Positions 28,990-36,586 of a stretch of DNA of 61,470 bases are shown here, piece after piece; position 1 is the stretch's first letter; the number at the start of each line of letters is the position of its first letter. A program made the translations under genes and the position numbers. Source of the stretch: an uncultured Acidobacteriota bacterium (GTDB lineage: Bacteria > Acidobacteriota > Polarisedimenticolia > Polarisedimenticolales > DASRJG01). Under the pieces are notes generated by a model. It worked only from the letters and a program-made list of their open reading frames with translations, was not told where the DNA came from and made no database searches. The stretch is taken from positions 1-61,470 of the forward strand of contig CAZVOE010000004.1 in the NCBI GenBank assembly GCA_964628935.1, written 5' to 3'.

Positions 28990-29243
28990 CGCGGCTCGTC
29001 GACCCCGTACCCACGCTCGATCTCGGCGAGCATCGTGCGGATGTCCGCCGTCGGGAAGTCGAGCTTCGAGGCCTCCCGGACGGCGGCCAACTTTCTCCCG
29101 CCGTCCTTCACGGGGCGCTGCCGGCGTGCCGACCGAATCGCTTCGCGTACCCACTCCGCGACCGTGAGGTTTCGGCGCTTCGCCAGTTGGCGGATCTCCG
29201 CGAGCTCGGTCTCCTCCATCAGAACTTGGAGCCTTTTACTCAT
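28986..29243 (-). CDS. vapB: ribbon-helix-helix-type antitoxin (VapB type)
   Basis: 85-aa ORF MSKRLQVLMEETELAEIRQLAKRRNLTVAEWVREAI. ATGA overlap with the PIN gene. Confidence 0.75.
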   Translation of the reverse strand: MSKRLQVLMEETELAEIRQLAKRRNLTVAEWVREAIRSARRQRPVKDGGRKLAAVREASKLDFPTADIRTMLAEIERGYGVDEPR

Positions 29244-29360
29244 GCTGTGAGTATGGCGCGGCTCCTCCAAGGAGTCAATCGCCCCGCGGGGACGAGGCTT
29301 CCCGCTCGCGATGTCGTATCTTCTAAACTTCCCGCAGGGCTTCGACCCGGGAGAACCGCC

Positions 29361-30158
29361 ATGGACTGGGGACTTACCAACCGACTTTCGCGCATCCTGA
29401 AGCCGGCCGACGGCCGGACCGTCATGCTCGCCGTCGACCACGGCTACTTTCTCGGGCCGACCTCCGGCCTCGAGAAGCCGGGGAAGGCGGTGGCTCCCCT
29501 CCTTCCGTACGCCGATTCGCTGATGCTGACCCGCGGCGTGCTGCGGCAGTGCATCCCCCCGACCTCCGACGTGCCGATCGTCCTCCGGGTCTCGGGAGGG
29601 ACGAGCATCCTCAGGGAGTTGTCGAACGAGGGGCTCACCGTCGATCTCGAGGACGCCGTTCGCCTGAACGCCGCGGCCGTGACCCTTTCGGTCTTCGTCG
29701 GAGCGGAAGGGGAACGGGAGACGCTCCTCAACCTCGCCAAGCTGATCGACTTCGGTCAGCGGTACGGGTTCCCGGTCCTCGCGGTGACCGCGGTCGGGAA
29801 GGACATGGTCCGCGACGCGCGCTATCTCGGCCTCGCGTGCCGGATCTGCGCCGAAATCGGCGCCCACTTCGTGAAGACCTACTACTGTGAGGACTTCGAG
29901 GAGGTGGTTGCGAACACTCCCGTCCCGGTCGTGATCGCGGGCGGCAAGAAGCTCCCCGAGCGCGACGCGATCGAACTCGCCTGGAAGGCGATTCGCGCCG
30001 GCGCCAAGGGGGTCGACATGGGACGGAACATCTTCCAGTCCGATTGCCCCGTGGGGATGATCCGCGCGGTGAGAGCGGTCGTCCACGACGGCGCGGAGGT
30101 CGAGGAGGCCTTCGAGCGGTACGCGAAGGAGAAGGAAGGCGCGCTCGCCCGGCGCTGA
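29361..30158 (+). CDS. DhnA/LsrF-type class I aldolase (closest in my memory to LsrF, 3-hydroxy-5-phosphonooxypentane-2,4-dione thiolase)
   Basis: MDWGLTNRLSRILKPADGRTVMLAVDHGYFLGPTSGLE, AVTAVGKDMVRDARY, HFVKTYY (Schiff-base Lys context), PVPVVIAGGKKLPER, GVDMGRNIFQS. Confidence 0.85.
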   Translation: MDWGLTNRLSRILKPADGRTVMLAVDHGYFLGPTSGLEKPGKAVAPLLPYADSLMLTRGVLRQCIPPTSDVPIVLRVSGGTSILRELSNEGLTVDLEDAVRLNAAAVTLSVFVGAEGERETLLNLAKLIDFGQRYGFPVLAVTAVGKDMVRDARYLGLACRICAEIGAHFVKTYYCEDFEEVVANTPVPVVIAGGKKLPERDAIELAWKAIRAGAKGVDMGRNIFQSDCPVGMIRAVRAVVHDGAEVEEAFERYAKEKEGALARR

Positions 30159-30183
30159 CGCGTCGCAGCCGGAGGGATCGCCG

Positions 30184-31209
30184 ATGCGGGCCGCCGTCTA
30201 CTACAACAACCGCGACATCCGGACCGAGGAGCGTCCCGTCCCGAAGGCGGGCCCCGGTGATCTGGTCGTCCGGATCGCCGCGAGCGGGATCTGCGGCTCC
30301 GACGTCATGGAGTGGTACCGCCTCCCCAAGGCCCCCCTCGTCCTCGGCCACGAGATCGCGGGCGAGGTCGTCGAGACCGGAGCGGGGGTCGCGCGCTTCG
30401 CGGTCGGCGACCGCGTGGTGGCGACCCACCATGTTCCCTGCAACACCTGCCGTCTCTGCATGGCGGGGCACCACCCGTACTGCGACACGTTGAGGACCAC
30501 TCACTTCGACCCGGGTGGGTTCTGCGAGTACGTTCGCCTCCCCGCGATCAACGTCGACCGTGGGACCTTCCGGATTCCCGACACCGTCTCGTACGAAGAG
30601 GCGACCTTCGTCGAGCCTCTCGCCTGTGTCCTACGCGGGCTGCGTGTGTCCCGCTTCCGAGCGACGCAGGACGTGGCCGTGCTCGGGAGCGGCATCTCGG
30701 GAGCGCTCTTCGTGCTCGCCCTGCGAGCCCTCGGGGCAGGAAAGATCCTCGCGACCGACGTGAATCCGTGGCGTCTTTCGAGGATTCGCGTGCTCGGGGC
30801 CGACGACGCGTTCGACGCGACGGGAGACGTCCCTGAGGCGATCCGGACTCGTCTCGGCGGGCGCGGCGCCGATCTCGTCATCGTGACGACCGCAGCCCTT
30901 CCCGCCGTCGCCCAGGCGCTCCGGAGCGCGGGACGAGGCGGGACGATTCTCTTCTTCGCGCCCGCCGAGCCGGGGACGACCTTCCCCTTCCCGCTCTTCG
31001 ACGTCTGGAAGGACGGCCTCTCGATCGTGCACTCCTACGCCGGTCCCCCCGCGGACATGGCGGCGGCTCTCGATCTGATCGCGGCGCGCCGCGTGGAGGT
31101 CGGCGCGACGATCACCCACCGGCTCCCGCTCGAGCGCACCGCCGAGGCGTTCGATCTCGTCGTGCGCGCGGGGGAGTCGCTCAAGGTGATCGTGGAGCCG
31201 GGGCGCTGA
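30184..31209 (+). CDS. Zn-dependent medium-chain alcohol/polyol dehydrogenase
   Basis: SGICGSDVMEW, LGHEIAGEVVETG, structural-Zn cysteines CNTCRLCMAGHHPYC, VAVLGSGISG. Confidence 0.9.
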   Translation: MRAAVYYNNRDIRTEERPVPKAGPGDLVVRIAASGICGSDVMEWYRLPKAPLVLGHEIAGEVVETGAGVARFAVGDRVVATHHVPCNTCRLCMAGHHPYCDTLRTTHFDPGGFCEYVRLPAINVDRGTFRIPDTVSYEEATFVEPLACVLRGLRVSRFRATQDVAVLGSGISGALFVLALRALGAGKILATDVNPWRLSRIRVLGADDAFDATGDVPEAIRTRLGGRGADLVIVTTAALPAVAQALRSAGRGGTILFFAPAEPGTTFPFPLFDVWKDGLSIVHSYAGPPADMAAALDLIAARRVEVGATITHRLPLERTAEAFDLVVRAGESLKVIVEPGR

Positions 31210-31211
31210 GG

Positions 31212-31643
31212 ATGGGGGGGGCGCCGGACGATCGCGTGGGCAAGGAGCGGAGCTTCGAACGGAATCTCGAGGCCGTGAAAACCCTCCTCGACTGGTTCGA
31301 GGAGGAGGCCCGGGAGCTCTCAATCCCCTCGGACACCCTGCGTCCCCTGGAGCTCGCGATCGAAGAGATCTTCGCGAACTGCGTCCGCCACAATCCGGGA
31401 GGAACGGGTCCGATCGACATCCGCATCGAACGCCAGGGCGCCCGTGTCCGGGTCGCGATCGTCGATCCCGACGCCGAACGTTTCGACCCGCGGGCGGCCG
31501 CGGAGGTCCGGACCGAACTCCCCCTGGAGCAGCGGCGGCCGGGTGGGCTCGGGATCCACTTTGTCCGCGCCATCGTCGACGAGATCGACTACCGTCACGA
31601 GGGTCGCCGGGCGATCACCGTTCTCGTCAAGAACTTGGGGTGA
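31212..31643 (+). CDS. RsbW/SpoIIAB-like anti-sigma serine kinase (HATPase_c_2)
   Basis: 143 aa. N-box EEIFANCVRHN, G-boxes IVDPDAERFDP and RRPGGLGIHFVRAIVDE. Confidence 0.8.
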   Translation: MGGAPDDRVGKERSFERNLEAVKTLLDWFEEEARELSIPSDTLRPLELAIEEIFANCVRHNPGGTGPIDIRIERQGARVRVAIVDPDAERFDPRAAAEVRTELPLEQRRPGGLGIHFVRAIVDEIDYRHEGRRAITVLVKNLG

Positions 31644-31647
31644 GGCG

Positions 31648-31938
31648 ATGCTCGAGATCGGCTGGGGAGAGGACGGAAAAATCCGAATCGCAGGGCGATT
31701 CGACGCGTCCGAGGCGGAGCGGGTCGAGGCGTTCCTGGATGCGGTGGATACCTCGAACGAGCTGGACCTCGGTGGTCTCGAGTACATCTCGAGCCTCGGG
31801 CTCGGCGTGCTCCTCAAGACCCAGAAGCGGCTCAGGACCGCGGGGCAGTCTCTCCGGCTCGTCAGGATGCCTCCCCACATCCGCGATATCTTCCGTTTTT
31901 CCGGTTTCGACCGGGTTTTCGAGATCGATTCCCCATGA
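31648..31938 (+). CDS. STAS-domain anti-sigma-factor antagonist (RsbV/SpoIIAA-like)
   Basis: 96 aa. LDLGGLEYISSLGLGVLL carries the conserved phosphorylatable Ser context. Starts 4 nt after the kinase stop. Confidence 0.8.
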   Translation: MLEIGWGEDGKIRIAGRFDASEAERVEAFLDAVDTSNELDLGGLEYISSLGLGVLLKTQKRLRTAGQSLRLVRMPPHIRDIFRFSGFDRVFEIDSP

Positions 31939-32537
31939 GCGTCGACGAATCGTCCGCTTCCGACCAACTCTCCCCGCGCCGCGGTGTAGTTCCGGATGGC
32001 GCACCGGAGGATGTGGAGGTGGTCCGGCGCGTCCGGAGCGGCGATGTCGAGTCCTTTGCGATCCTGGTGCGGCGTTACGAAAAGCCGGTCTACAACGCCG
32101 TGCGACGGATGGTCCGGGACCGGGATGACGCCCGCGACCTCGCGCAGAACGCGTTTCTCAAGGCATTCCGCGAACTCGACTCGTTCGACGAGCGCTACCG
32201 ATTCTTCTCCTGGCTCTACAGGATCGCCATCCACGAGTCGCTCAATCATCTCCGTGGGGGCGGGCGCTCGGAGCCCCTTCCGTTCGAACGGCGCGATCTC
32301 GGGCCTGGCCCGGAAGACCATGCGGCCGCCCGCCAACGATCGCGGCTCCTGGAGGACGCGTTGAACCGCCTGAGCGCGGACCACCGCGCCGTCATCCTTC
32401 TCCGCCACTTCGGGGAGTGCTCGTACGCGGAGATCGGGGACGCCCTGGGGATTCCCGAGAAAACGGTGCGTTCTCGACTTTTCGAGGCGCGGCGCTCCCT
32501 CCGTTCCATCCTTGTCGACCTTGGGGTGGTGCGATGA
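31935..32537 (+). CDS. ECF sigma-70 family factor
   Basis: Region 2: FAILVRRYEKPVYNAVRRMVRDRDDARDLAQNAFLKAF, FFSWLYRIAIHESLN. Region 4: ILLRHFGECSYAEIGDALGIPEKTVRSRLFEAR. ATGA overlap with the STAS gene. Confidence 0.9.
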   Translation: MSVDESSASDQLSPRRGVVPDGAPEDVEVVRRVRSGDVESFAILVRRYEKPVYNAVRRMVRDRDDARDLAQNAFLKAFRELDSFDERYRFFSWLYRIAIHESLNHLRGGGRSEPLPFERRDLGPGPEDHAAARQRSRLLEDALNRLSADHRAVILLRHFGECSYAEIGDALGIPEKTVRSRLFEARRSLRSILVDLGVVR

Positions 32538-33553
32538 TCGACCGGCAGGACGAGATCGACGGCATCCTGTCCCAACTTCCGGAGGAGGAGGTCCCCGAGG
32601 GGTTCGCGGCGGGGGTCATGGAGAAGGTGCGGATCGAAGTGATGAAAAGAGGCACCGACGGGTTCTCCGCCGGCGCTGTCGCCGAGGAGAGAGGCGGATT
32701 TCGAACGATCCAAGGGAGGGTTCGGGTCATGTCCAGCAAGTCCGATTCAACGAATGTCTGGCGTACCGTCTTCGCGACCGCGGCCGCCGTGGCGGTGATC
32801 GGGATCGGGGCGTACGTCCTCGGGTTCCGCCCGTCGGCCGAAGAGTCGGCGGGCACCGTGGGAGCGGCCCGGAAGCACCGTGCCGAGCAGATCCAGCCGA
32901 AGGACGTAGCGGTGGAGGGGATCGGTGGAGAGGCGTTCCTTCAGACGGAGATCTTCGACCGTCTGGTGAACGACCCCGCCGCCCGAGAGGCCCTTTCCAA
33001 CGACGCGTTCCGCGAGGCGTTGACGAACGACGCCTTCCGGCAGGCTCTCACGAGCGACGCGTTCCGCGCCGCCTTCTCGCAGGATGCGTTCCGCGCCGCG
33101 CTGACGAGCGACGCGTTCCGGGACGCGCTCCGGAGCCGAGCCTTCCGCGACGCGTTCACGAGCGACGCGTTCCGGGACGCGCTTCGGAACGAGGCCTTCC
33201 GCGACGCGCTCCGGTCCGACGCGCTTCGCGACGCCATGATCCAGGACGCCTTCCGCGCCGCCTTCGCGAACGAGGCCTTCCGCGAGGCGCTCAAGAGCCA
33301 GGCGTTCCGCGATGCGCTCACGAGCGACGCCTTCCGCGATGCGCTCACGAGCGACGCCTTCCGCGCCGCGCTTGCAAGTGACGCCTTCCGGTCGGCTTTC
33401 CTGAGCGACGCCTTCCGCGATGCGCTCGCGAGCGACGCCTTCCGGCAGGCTCTCACGAGCGACGCGTTCCGGGACGCTCTCCGGAGCGATGCCTTCCGAG
33501 ACGCTCTCCGGAGCGAAGCGTTCCGCGACGCCATGGCGCGGGGCGGCGACTGA
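32534..33553 (+). CDS. single-pass membrane protein co-translated with the ECF sigma (putative anti-sigma/sensor); its ectodomain is 20 tandem nonapeptide 'ALTSDAFRD' repeats
   Basis: ATGA overlap with the sigma gene. LPEEEVPEGFAAGVMEKV resembles the pre-TM segment of ECF anti-sigmas. TM helix WRTVFATAAAVAVIGIGAYVLGF. Residues 153-332 are a 9-aa repeat array. Confidence 0.8.
   Translation: MIDRQDEIDGILSQLPEEEVPEGFAAGVMEKVRIEVMKRGTDGFSAGAVAEERGGFRTIQGRVRVMSSKSDSTNVWRTVFATAAAVAVIGIGAYVLGFRPSAEESAGTVGAARKHRAEQIQPKDVAVEGIGGEAFLQTEIFDRLVNDPAAREALSNDAFREALTNDAFRQALTSDAFRAAFSQDAFRAALTSDAFRDALRSRAFRDAFTSDAFRDALRNEAFRDALRSDALRDAMIQDAFRAAFANEAFREALKSQAFRDALTSDAFRDALTSDAFRAALASDAFRSAFLSDAFRDALASDAFRQALTSDAFRDALRSDAFRDALRSEAFRDAMARGGD
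32990..33529 (+). repeat. 20 x 27-nt in-frame tandem repeat (consensus peptide A-L-T/R-S-D-A-F-R-D)
   Basis: Read directly from the sequence. Adjacent units 33311-33337 and 33338-33364 are identical 27-mers (gatgcgctcacgagcgacgccttccgc). A degenerate unit (RLVNDPAARE) precedes the array. Confidence 0.95.
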
Positions 33554-33586
33554 GCCGCTCCCGGGCCGGGACCCGATTCCGAGAGG

Positions 33587-33618
33587 AAGCCCCGCGCCCG
33601 CGGGGCTTTCCTTTTTTC
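33587..33618 (+). terminator. Rho-independent terminator after the repeat-protein gene
   Basis: AAGCCCCGCG-cc-CGCGGGGCTT stem followed by TCCTTTTTTC. Confidence 0.8.
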
Positions 33619-33646
33619 GGGCGGTGCGCGTACCTTTCCGCCCGAC

Positions 33647-36586
33647 GTGAAAACCCTAGCCCTCCCATCGGTCCTCGTTTTTTTTCTCGTCCTCCCATTC
33701 CCGGGACGCTCGGCGGAACTCGAGACCCTCAAGACCGACGACCTGCTGCTGGTCTACCGAGACCCCCTCCAGACCTTCCTGGCCCCCCATGCGGCGCGCT
33801 GCTTCGAGAACTCGATGGACTTCCAGAAGCGGGTGCTCGGCTGGAAGCCCTCGTCGCCGGTCACCGTCCTTCTGAACGACTACTCGGACGCGGGGAACGC
33901 GAGCGCCCTCGGCGTCCCGAGGAATCTCCTTCTCCTCGAAACTTCCCCCGTCGGGGTTAACTTCGAGACGGTCACGACGAACGAGCGCCTCAACTGGCTC
34001 TTCAACCACGAGCTCATCCACATCGCGACCGTCGATCGGGCGGCCGGGCGCGACCGGTTCTTTCGAAAGGCCTTTCTCGGGAAGGTCGCTCCCACCTCCG
34101 AGCACCCCGCGACGATCCTCTGGTTCTACCTGACCTCCCCCCGCGACGCGGCACCCCGCTGGTACCACGAAGGGATCGCCGTCTTCGCGGAGACCTGGAT
34201 GGCTGGGGGGGTCGGTCGCGCGCAGGGGGCTTGGGACGAGATGGTCTTTCGGGCGATGGTGCGGGACGGCGCGCGATTCTACGACCCGCTCGGCCTCGTC
34301 TCGGAGGGGACAAAGACCGACTTTCAGGTCGAGGTCAATTCCTATCTTTACGGCACGCGGTTCGTGACCTGGCTCGCGTACACCCGATCTCCCGCCCATC
34401 TCGTCCGGTGGGTCGCCCGGGAGGAGGGTTCGAAGGCCTACTACGCCGCTCGCTTCGAGGAAGTGTTCGGAAAGCCCCTCGACGCCGCTTGGGCCGACTG
34501 GATCGCGTGGGAGAAAGAATTCCAGACGCGGAACCTCGAGGCGATCCGGACCTACCCGGTCACGAAGGCGCGGGACGTTTCGGACCGGGCGCTCGGATCG
34601 GTCTCACGAGCGGCGTTCGACGCCGAGCGGCGACGGTTCTACGCCGCCTTCCACTACCCGGGCCAGGTCTCCTCCATCGGCTCGATCTCGCTGGAGGACG
34701 GACACGTCGAGCGGATCGTCGAGGTGAAGGACCCGGTCCTGTTCACGGTCACCTCTCTGGCCTGGGATTCGCTCCGGCGGAGAATCTTCTACACCGCGGA
34801 CAACCGCGAATACCGCGACCTTCGGGAGGTCGACCCGGAGACCGGGGAGTCGCGGACCCTCCTCAAGGATGCACGGATCGGCGACCTCGCCTTCGACCGG
34901 GCGACCGGCGACCTCTGGGGGATCCGGCACTTCAACGCGATCGCCTCCCTCGTCCGGATCCCGCCACCGTACGACAGCTGGGGCCTCGTGCGGTCGTGGC
35001 CGTACGGAGAGGTCCCCCGGGACCTCGACGTATCCGCCGACGGCTCGTTTGTCGCGGTCGCGGTCGGCGGCATCGACGGGCGCCACGTCCTGCGCGTCTA
35101 CTCCGTGGAAGACCTGCTTCGCGGCGACGCCTCCCCGGTCGCGGAAACCTCCTTCGGCGAGGCGGCCCCGCTGAACTTCGTCTTCTCCGGCGACGGCCGG
35201 TTTCTGTACGGAACCACGACCTACACAGGGGTCCCCAACGTTTTCCGCTGGGAATGGGACGCGAACCGCATCGAGGCGGTCACGAACGCCGTGTCCGGAT
35301 TTTTCCGTCCGCTTCCCCTCCCCGATGGCAACCTCCTGGTCTTCCGGTACACCGGTGAGGGGTTCATTCCCGCGATCGTTCGCCCGGAGCCGATCGACGA
35401 CATCGAGCCGATCGAATTCCTCGGGGCGAGGCTGATCGACAAGTTCCCGGAGCTCGCGGACTGGAACGTCGGCTCGCCCGCGGAGATCCCGCTCGAAGAG
35501 CGCACGCGCGGCACGGGGCCGTACCGCTCGGGCCGCAGCATCCGCGTCGAATCCCTCTACCCGATCCTCGAGGGGTACAAGGACAGCGCCGCCGCGGGTC
35601 TCCGCCTCAACCTCTCCGACCCGCTCCTGCTGAACCGGCTCGCCCTGGCGGCCTCGTACTCTCCCGACCGCGAACTCGCGTCGGACGAGCGGCTGCACGT
35701 CGACCTGCGCTACAGCCGTTACGACTGGCGCGCGAACGCGAAGTGGAACGACGCCGATTTCTACGACCTCTTCGGACCGACGAAGACGAGCCGCAAGGGG
35801 TACTCGTTCGGCGGGGGTTGGGGGCGCACGCTCCTGTACGATCGGCCCCGCACGGTGCGGCTCGACCTCGATGCCGCCTACCATGGCGATCTCGAGATCC
35901 TCCCCGACTACCAGAACATCGCTTCGCCCGTCTCCCGACTCCTCTCGTTCGAGGGGAAGCTCGAGTACGCGAACGTCCGGTCCTCCCTCGGCCACGTCGA
36001 CGAGGAAAAGGGGCACCGCGTCGAGGCGCTCGCCCTCGTCGACCGCGTGCCCGGCGAGACCTTCCCGAAGCTGCTCGTCTCGTACGACCAGGGGTTCCCA
36101 CTCCGCCTCGACCATTCCTCCGTCTGGCTCCGCACCGCGGCCGGGGTCGGGTCGGGAGGCCGGGAGAGCCCGCTGAGCCACTTCTACTTCGGCGGTTTCG
36201 GGAACAACTGGGTCGACCACGGAAACGAAAAGCGCTACCGCGAGCCTTGGAGCTTCCCAGGTCTCGAGATCAACGAGGTCGGGGGAAGGACCTTCGGCAA
36301 GCTGCTCCTCGAGTGGAACCTGCCGCCACTCCGGTTCCGCCGCCTCGGCTCTCCCGGCTTCCATGCAACGTGGCTCCGCACGTCGCTCTTCGCGACCGGC
36401 ATCGCCACCGACTTCGACGACGGGACGCTCCGCCGCGAAGTCGGAAACGTCGGGGTCCAAGTGGACGTCCGTTTCTCGGTCCTCTCGCGCCTGGAGATGA
36501 CCCTGTCCCTGGGCTACGCTTCCGCGTTCGAGCGGGGTTTCGGGCCGAAAGACGAGGTCATGGCTTCGCTCAAGGTCCTCCAGTGA
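33647..36586 (+). CDS. secreted multidomain protein: Peptidase_MA-like (HExxH) domain + beta-propeller region + C-terminal Omp85/surface-antigen-like beta-barrel; GTG start
   Basis: Signal peptide VKTLALPSVLVFFLVLPFPGRSA. NHELIHIA (34007-34021) with downstream WYHEGIAVFAETW (gluzincin-like third ligand). Propeller-like repeats (FYTADNREYRDLREVDPETGESRTLL, FLYGTTTYTGVPNVFRW). Barrel-like tail with alternating hydrophobics and SHFYFGGFGNNWVD. Confidence 0.75.
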   Translation: MKTLALPSVLVFFLVLPFPGRSAELETLKTDDLLLVYRDPLQTFLAPHAARCFENSMDFQKRVLGWKPSSPVTVLLNDYSDAGNASALGVPRNLLLLETSPVGVNFETVTTNERLNWLFNHELIHIATVDRAAGRDRFFRKAFLGKVAPTSEHPATILWFYLTSPRDAAPRWYHEGIAVFAETWMAGGVGRAQGAWDEMVFRAMVRDGARFYDPLGLVSEGTKTDFQVEVNSYLYGTRFVTWLAYTRSPAHLVRWVAREEGSKAYYAARFEEVFGKPLDAAWADWIAWEKEFQTRNLEAIRTYPVTKARDVSDRALGSVSRAAFDAERRRFYAAFHYPGQVSSIGSISLEDGHVERIVEVKDPVLFTVTSLAWDSLRRRIFYTADNREYRDLREVDPETGESRTLLKDARIGDLAFDRATGDLWGIRHFNAIASLVRIPPPYDSWGLVRSWPYGEVPRDLDVSADGSFVAVAVGGIDGRHVLRVYSVEDLLRGDASPVAETSFGEAAPLNFVFSGDGRFLYGTTTYTGVPNVFRWEWDANRIEAVTNAVSGFFRPLPLPDGNLLVFRYTGEGFIPAIVRPEPIDDIEPIEFLGARLIDKFPELADWNVGSPAEIPLEERTRGTGPYRSGRSIRVESLYPILEGYKDSAAAGLRLNLSDPLLLNRLALAASYSPDRELASDERLHVDLRYSRYDWRANAKWNDADFYDLFGPTKTSRKGYSFGGGWGRTLLYDRPRTVRLDLDAAYHGDLEILPDYQNIASPVSRLLSFEGKLEYANVRSSLGHVDEEKGHRVEALALVDRVPGETFPKLLVSYDQGFPLRLDHSSVWLRTAAGVGSGGRESPLSHFYFGGFGNNWVDHGNEKRYREPWSFPGLEINEVGGRTFGKLLLEWNLPPLRFRRLGSPGFHATWLRTSLFATGIATDFDDGTLRREVGNVGVQVDVRFSVLSRLEMTLSLGYASAFERGFGPKDEVMASLKVLQ

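Noticed and set aside
32990-33529. Possible CRISPR-like or non-coding satellite array (regular 27-nt periodicity).
   Set aside because: The units are contiguous with no spacers, the period is a multiple of three, and the array keeps one ORF open with a conserved peptide consensus. It is a coding tandem repeat.
32941-33732. 263-aa minus-strand ORF with its own repeat (ASRKASLxS) opposite the nonapeptide array.
   Set aside because: It is a mirror image of the plus-strand 27-nt repeat. It has no start context and no TM or signal logic, whereas the plus-strand frame is embedded in an overlapping operon.
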